Assembly (NCBI RefSeq): GCF_008000775.2
Contig: NZ_CP042905.2
Coordinates: forward strand, 2,190,001 to 2,222,000
DNA from: Promethearchaeum syntrophicum
GTDB lineage: Archaea > Asgardarchaeota > Lokiarchaeia > Sigyniarchaeales > Promethearchaeaceae
DNA length: 32,000 bases
Direction of reading: 5' to 3'
This document shows, piece after piece, positions 27,281 through 32,000 of this stretch. A program made the position numbers and the translations under genes. How positions within the stretch are numbered: position 1 is the first letter of the stretch; each line of letters begins with the position of its first letter. The notes below the pieces were generated by a model, which worked only from the letters and a program-made list of their open reading frames with translations, was not told where the DNA came from and did not search any database.

Positions 27281-28573
27281 TTAAACCGATATCGGTGGTG
27301 AAGTGAGATTTATATCGATTTTTCGTAAGGAAAGTAAAAATATTATCAAAACAATTGATGATAAACTCGCTAATATGATATAGCTGTATTGATAATTTAT
27401 ATTTACCAGAAATCCAACCCAGATAGGGGTTATTCCAAAACCGATTCCTGCTGCTAATTCTCCAAAATTTATATATTTTGAACTTCCTGTCTTAGAAGAA
27501 TAATCAAAATTAATCCGAATCACCAATCCTTGCTTAAGTCCCGTAGAAAGCCCCATAAGTACAGTTGCTGAGACAATGAATACAATATTTGAGGAAAAAA
27601 TCATAAATATAGCGCAAAAAGTGTCAAATAATAATAACCATTGGGTCAAAAGTTTCTTCTTTCGAATGGCCTGCGTTCCTATCCAATTCATTCCAAGAAC
27701 CTGTAAACCTTGTTGAAGGAAAATAAAAAGATAGCGCCAATATGATTGAAAATTTGCAGATTTTAAATTAAATGGAAATATAAAGTTATACATCGATTTT
27801 GCCATTGTGAAATAAATATTCAGAGTCCAAGCAATGAATGCGGGGAAAATAAGGTGTACGAGTGAAATATTTGCAAGAGCTTTCTTTGGAATTATATCCT
27901 CTAAACGGTGCTCGTCTTTTGTAATATGAGATTTAATGAGTAGGATTTCATTATTTTTTTTTTCTGCAGGAATGATTTTTTTTTCTCGTTCCAAAAGAAA
28001 TCCTATTGGAATTAATCCAAATGCAATAATACAAGCAACAATTAGCGCAATATAATCATTTTTCCAGAGAATTACTAAGAAAAACCCTATGATGTAGCCC
28101 CCTAAAATACCTAAATTCCATGATGTGTTAAAATGATGAAAATTCTCATCACTTTGCTCTTTGGTAGAAATTTTCTGCCACATACTTATTTCCATCATTG
28201 TGTTAGGCCAAAATAACCCTAATGAAAGCCCTTCGATCAATTGCATGACCACTAAAATGATAGGAGTAAAAAATAAGATCTGAGAAATGTACGAAATACT
28301 GCTTAAAAACAAGGAAAGAATGATCGCTTGCCTTCTTCCTATCATTTTTGCAATTATTTGCCCGATAAATGGTGTAATAATATAGGCTAGTGCAGTGGAA
28401 GATGAAATCACTCCAATTAACTCTGGATCCATATTAATTGTGTAGATTAAATAATTTGGGAGTGCAGAAAAAAAAAGTGACTGACATAATGTTTTCATTA
28501 TGAGTAATAAATACAATGACCAAGTTCGATACGATCGCTGGTTTTGAGGTTTTTCTTTAATTTTTTTTTGCAC
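27281..28573 (-). CDS. Major facilitator superfamily transporter
   Basis: 12 hydrophobic segments; GVISSSTALAYIITPFIGQIIAKMIGRRQAIILSLFLSSISY (motif A-like). Confidence 0.85.
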   Translation of the reverse strand: MQKKIKEKPQNQRSYRTWSLYLLLIMKTLCQSLFFSALPNYLIYTINMDPELIGVISSSTALAYIITPFIGQIIAKMIGRRQAIILSLFLSSISYISQILFFTPIILVVMQLIEGLSLGLFWPNTMMEISMWQKISTKEQSDENFHHFNTSWNLGILGGYIIGFFLVILWKNDYIALIVACIIAFGLIPIGFLLEREKKIIPAEKKNNEILLIKSHITKDEHRLEDIIPKKALANISLVHLIFPAFIAWTLNIYFTMAKSMYNFIFPFNLKSANFQSYWRYLFIFLQQGLQVLGMNWIGTQAIRKKKLLTQWLLLFDTFCAIFMIFSSNIVFIVSATVLMGLSTGLKQGLVIRINFDYSSKTGSSKYINFGELAAGIGFGITPIWVGFLVNINYQYSYIILASLSSIVLIIFLLSLRKIDINLTSPPISV

Positions 28574-28714
28574 AAGCCTTCAATTATCCCAATTTACGTT
28601 TAATCTTAAAGTTTAAGCTTCAAGTATGTTTTTTAAGTTCTAATTCTGGATTATAGAGGTAAATGTTAATATAATGATGAATGAATCTTTATAACTCAAT
28701 TTTATTTATCTTTT

Positions 28715-29035
28715 TTATTCATTAAAAATATCAAGAAGGCGTTTTATTCCTTGGATTTGTTCTTTATTCAAGGTTTTAACATGAATCCCTTGTTGATCTT
28801 TCTTTTGATTATCTAAAGAATATCCAATTTCAATGGATAATTTACCCGGATCATGTTTATATTTAATAGAATTGATGAATTCTGATCTAATTTTTTCAGG
28901 GGTTTTTGACATTTTAAGTTTAGAAGTGATTTGGGTGTTTTTTTTTGGTATCTGAGGTTCCCATTTCTTTTTTGATTTTATATTTCTCTCCGTTTTCCCC
29001 CAATCAATATTAATTTTCATCTGATCTGAACTCAT
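28715..29035 (-). CDS. Hypothetical protein, small, charged
   Basis: 106-aa ORF; overlaps the upstream gene by 4 nt (29032-29035), typical of translational coupling. Confidence 0.55.
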   Translation of the reverse strand: MSSDQMKINIDWGKTERNIKSKKKWEPQIPKKNTQITSKLKMSKTPEKIRSEFINSIKYKHDPGKLSIEIGYSLDNQKKDQQGIHVKTLNKEQIQGIKRLLDIFNE

Positions 29036-29568
29036 TTTCGATTCTCCTCGACTATTTGTTTGGCTTGATCGATCAAACCTTCAGTAACACTCTCCTCTAA
29101 ATATTTCTCTAATGCTTTAGAAAATAAATCCCCAATAGATTCTAAGTGCGGAGATATCTTAACTAATTCCTTCAAAATTTGTGTTGAATACTCGTCCATT
29201 TTTAAGGGTAAAAAAAAATCGTTCTTTGCCTCAAAAATATTACCATCTATGATATTTTCATATATTTTAATTAAATTGGATAAATTGGGAAGTTCTAAAC
29301 TCGAAAGCGTCGTTGGATTAGTTGAAAATAACCTAATTAAACGATCTTGTTGCTTAGAAATTTTCTTACCTTCATATATTCTAAATTTTGAATCTGGATT
29401 TAAACATCGCGTCACAGTAGCTTGCAATATTCCAGGACTCACAATTTTAGATTTTTGAATATCATGATAAGAAATAGGTTCGATTTGCTGATTTATATAA
29501 TTAAAAACAAGTCGATCATTTAGATCAGGTTGTCTCGTTTTACTTGGTTTTGACGGCAATGCAATCAA
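29032..29568 (-). CDS. Hypothetical, possible DNA-associated protein
   Basis: 178-aa helical ORF; YHDIQKSKIVSPGILQATVTRCLNPDSKFRIYEGKKISKQQDRLIRLF may be a winged-helix-like N-terminus. It lies immediately downstream of the 13-bp repeat cluster. Confidence 0.55.
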   Translation of the reverse strand: MIALPSKPSKTRQPDLNDRLVFNYINQQIEPISYHDIQKSKIVSPGILQATVTRCLNPDSKFRIYEGKKISKQQDRLIRLFSTNPTTLSSLELPNLSNLIKIYENIIDGNIFEAKNDFFLPLKMDEYSTQILKELVKISPHLESIGDLFSKALEKYLEESVTEGLIDQAKQIVEENRK

Positions 29569-29581
29569 ATAAAAGAATTAA

Positions 29582-29743
29582 TACTACTATTTAAAATTGC
29601 ATTAGGCCCACAACACTAGTTAGCATTTCTAAATTATTTAAAATTGATTAAATAGTAATATTTAGTTTAAAAATTTAACTGAATATTGACTTTCTCACAG
29701 ATTTAGAATTCACTAAATACTACTATTAAATACTACTATTTAA
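29582..29743. repeat. Cluster of 13-bp repeats (TACTACTATTTAA)
   Basis: TACTACTATTTAA 29582-29594; inverse copy TTAAATAGTAATA 29648-29660; tandem TACTACTATTAAA 29718-29730 and TACTACTATTTAA 29731-29743. Confidence 0.8.
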
Positions 29744-30097
29744 CATATATATTCCAATGCAGATATCAAATAACTGGGTTTAAATCGATCTTACATGAAT
29801 GCTAAAAGTTTCTTTAATCTCTTTATGTTGTGTCGTACTGAGTTCTGAGTATTTGAAAGTCCTGTGATCGTTGAATTCTTGAATTTACTTGAATAGATTG
29901 ATTGGTGTGTGTCAAATTTTGAAGTTTCACTAAGATGTTCTTTGCAATTAACGAAAACTTCATCATTTTCGAGATCAAAATAAAGATTTAAACCCATATG
30001 AAAAATAATAAAAAAAATGCTAAAGAAGCCAGCTAACACGATATAATCATTTTCATGTTATTTACATCATACGCAATGGTGATTATATTGAACTATC

Positions 30098-31984
30098 TTA
30101 GTTTAAATCTTGAATATGGGTGTTTTGAATTATAATATTACGACTTTTTTTGAGTTTCTCTAATTCCTTCTCCCATCTTTTTGGATTGTCGGTATCCCAT
30201 TCCTTCAAAAGACTTAAAACCTCTTCTTGAAGGCTTAAATGTTGGATTACTGTTTTCTTATTTTCCCACCACTTTCGTAATAAAAATATTGCCTTTCTCG
30301 GACCGTTTCCTCCTAATGAATTCAACCATTTACAGAAATGTGGAGCAAAATAGAATAGAATATTATCTTGAAGCAGAGAATCTTCATAAAATTTCGCAAG
30401 ATCAATATCTGGAGTGTATTGGTATACCTGTTGATAAGTGATCGAAATTTTCAACAGTATATCTTGTATGTCTCGTTCATCTATCCAATCTTCATCAATA
30501 CGCATACGTTTTAAATCTCTCTCTAACCTGGCTATTTGTCGCCATTTTTGCCATTTTTTGGTAAAGGGTGAATCTTTCTTTAAAATTTCTGTTAATTTTC
30601 CTGGATAATCGCCTGATTGCTCAGGTTGTTCAGATTGTTCATAGTAATTTCTAAAGGCTATAAAGATTAGTTCCTCATAGTAATCGTAATTCTGGTATTG
30701 ATCCGAGAAGATATCATACTCTTTAATTCTTTTTTCAAGTAAATCATATTTCTTCAAATTTAACAGGATTAACAACTCGATTTGTGCTTCAGCTATTGTG
30801 AGTTGCTGTTGTTCTTTAAGATTTTCAATAATTTTAAGAACACGATCGTAAAGTCCAACTAGAAATGCGCGTTCCAAGTAAAACACGATATATCCTTTTT
30901 TAGATTTCGGTTCATTTTTGACCGTAAAATCAAGAAGATCTTCCCATTCGATGGACTTATTAGCAATTAATTGGCTTGCAATAATATCATATAGAATAAT
31001 TTCTAAAGATTGTGCAATCTTGTGGGTTTCACTTTCGATAATTGAATTTAATTCATTTGCTTTTAAATTCAAGCGTCTGATGAGATTTCTTGTATAAACA
31101 TAACCTATTTTTTTAGATTCGACCAGTTTTAAGAAGACTTCAATTTTAACAGTTAAATCAAATTCTGAAGCAGGACCAATTATTTCCCAAACGGTTTCTT
31201 TTTCAATTTCTGAAGTGCAATTACTTAAATATGTTATAAATTTGGAGAGAGGTTCGTTAATATTCAAATATTCTTTCAATTCCTGCCTTACTTCTCCATT
31301 ATCAATGTAAATAGATTTTAATCGGATATATAACCGGATTTTTTCTTCTAGAATATTTTCCCTTTTCCCAATCTCCTTAACTAAATCTGTGGAAGACTCG
31401 GAATTTGGGCTTTCCTGCAAATATTTGATTATTTCTGTGTTAGTTCGGGATTTTAAATATACTATATGGCTTTTCATGCGTTCTTGTTCTAGTTGCTGTT
31501 TGAGTTGCTCATGCTCTAAAATTCCTTGTTCATACATATTCGATTCTTCTTCGTCTATATTTCCTTCACTATCCATGATTTCTGTATCATTTTCGCCTTG
31601 TTCATCTTCAAATTCATCGAAATCGCCATCAAGATTATTTCCTTCAAAATCAGATTCTGTCTCAGGATCGAAACCTTTGGTCATTCCTCTTATTATCTTT
31701 GTATTAGCTGAGGGTGATTGAAATTGTTGAATTGAGATTTGTTTTAGATTCTCAGGTAAAATCTTCAATTGATGGTCAATCTTTTCTAAAACCCCAGTAA
31801 GCTTAACCATTACATCATTGGTTGAAGGCCCCGATAGGGTAGGAGATATTTCATTAGAAACATTACCAATATTTGATTGAATAATCTCTTGGTTCTTGTT
31901 ACGTGTAACATTCTCTATACTTCTCGCTTCTCCATTATCATTACTTTTTCGTTGAGTATTCACAGATTCTGCTAAATCTTTCAC
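30098..31984 (-). CDS. Large helical protein with acidic, low-complexity N-terminal region (start uncertain, may extend past window)
   Basis: GTG start called at 31984, but the frame stays open to the window edge. Acidic GFDPETESDFEGNNLDGDFDEFEDEQGENDTEIMDSEGNIDEEESN is followed by helical repeat-like sequence. Confidence 0.65.
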   Translation of the reverse strand: MKDLAESVNTQRKSNDNGEARSIENVTRNKNQEIIQSNIGNVSNEISPTLSGPSTNDVMVKLTGVLEKIDHQLKILPENLKQISIQQFQSPSANTKIIRGMTKGFDPETESDFEGNNLDGDFDEFEDEQGENDTEIMDSEGNIDEEESNMYEQGILEHEQLKQQLEQERMKSHIVYLKSRTNTEIIKYLQESPNSESSTDLVKEIGKRENILEEKIRLYIRLKSIYIDNGEVRQELKEYLNINEPLSKFITYLSNCTSEIEKETVWEIIGPASEFDLTVKIEVFLKLVESKKIGYVYTRNLIRRLNLKANELNSIIESETHKIAQSLEIILYDIIASQLIANKSIEWEDLLDFTVKNEPKSKKGYIVFYLERAFLVGLYDRVLKIIENLKEQQQLTIAEAQIELLILLNLKKYDLLEKRIKEYDIFSDQYQNYDYYEELIFIAFRNYYEQSEQPEQSGDYPGKLTEILKKDSPFTKKWQKWRQIARLERDLKRMRIDEDWIDERDIQDILLKISITYQQVYQYTPDIDLAKFYEDSLLQDNILFYFAPHFCKWLNSLGGNGPRKAIFLLRKWWENKKTVIQHLSLQEEVLSLLKEWDTDNPKRWEKELEKLKKSRNIIIQNTHIQDLN

Positions 31985-32000
31985 ATCTGAAGGAACTGTG

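Noticed and set aside
29791-30039. 82-aa minus-strand ORF MLAGFFSIFF...
   Set aside because: Lies in a low-complexity AT-rich intergenic region with no family features; coding status cannot be supported.
1-32000. CRISPR array, integrase/transposase, rRNA and tRNA genes
   Set aside because: No regularly spaced repeats, recombinase motifs or recognisable structural RNA genes were seen. The few repeats present are short operator-like or duplication-derived.

Overview
This is an AT-rich archaeal chromosomal window with typical Asgard/Lokiarchaeota-like gene content (lineage is inferred). It holds about 25 credible protein genes. I found no convincing rRNA, tRNA or CRISPR array. Recognisable genes: MetRS with a C-terminal tRNA-binding OB domain, a UPF0147 protein, GH2-like and GH38-like proteins, a JAB/MPN-fold protein, an E2-type acyltransferase-domain protein, a heliorhodopsin, a CPBP/CAAX protease, an ArsR-like HTH membrane protein, a HAD hydrolase, an SLC13/ArsB-like permease, an MFS transporter and three paralogous longin-like proteins. 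Main findings: (1) A peroxiredoxin-like gene at 13581..14057 is split by one in-frame TGA exactly at the first Cys of the CPYC motif (DIH-U-PYCRAHL). It is very likely a selenoprotein missed by the ORF track, and structured DNA follows its stop codon. (2) The GH38-like protein has lost all four zinc-ligand/nucleophile positions, and the neighbouring GH2-like protein has Ser-Asp in place of the acid/base motif Asn-Glu, so the locus may encode pseudo- or altered glycosidases. (3) The heliorhodopsin lies directly upstream of the candidate selenoprotein. (4) Three longin-like paralogs lie within 15 kb. (5) A duplicated module carries a near-identical ~85 bp noncoding element and a truncated gene copy. 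(6) A cluster of 13-bp iteron/operator-like repeats lies near 29.6-29.75 kb.
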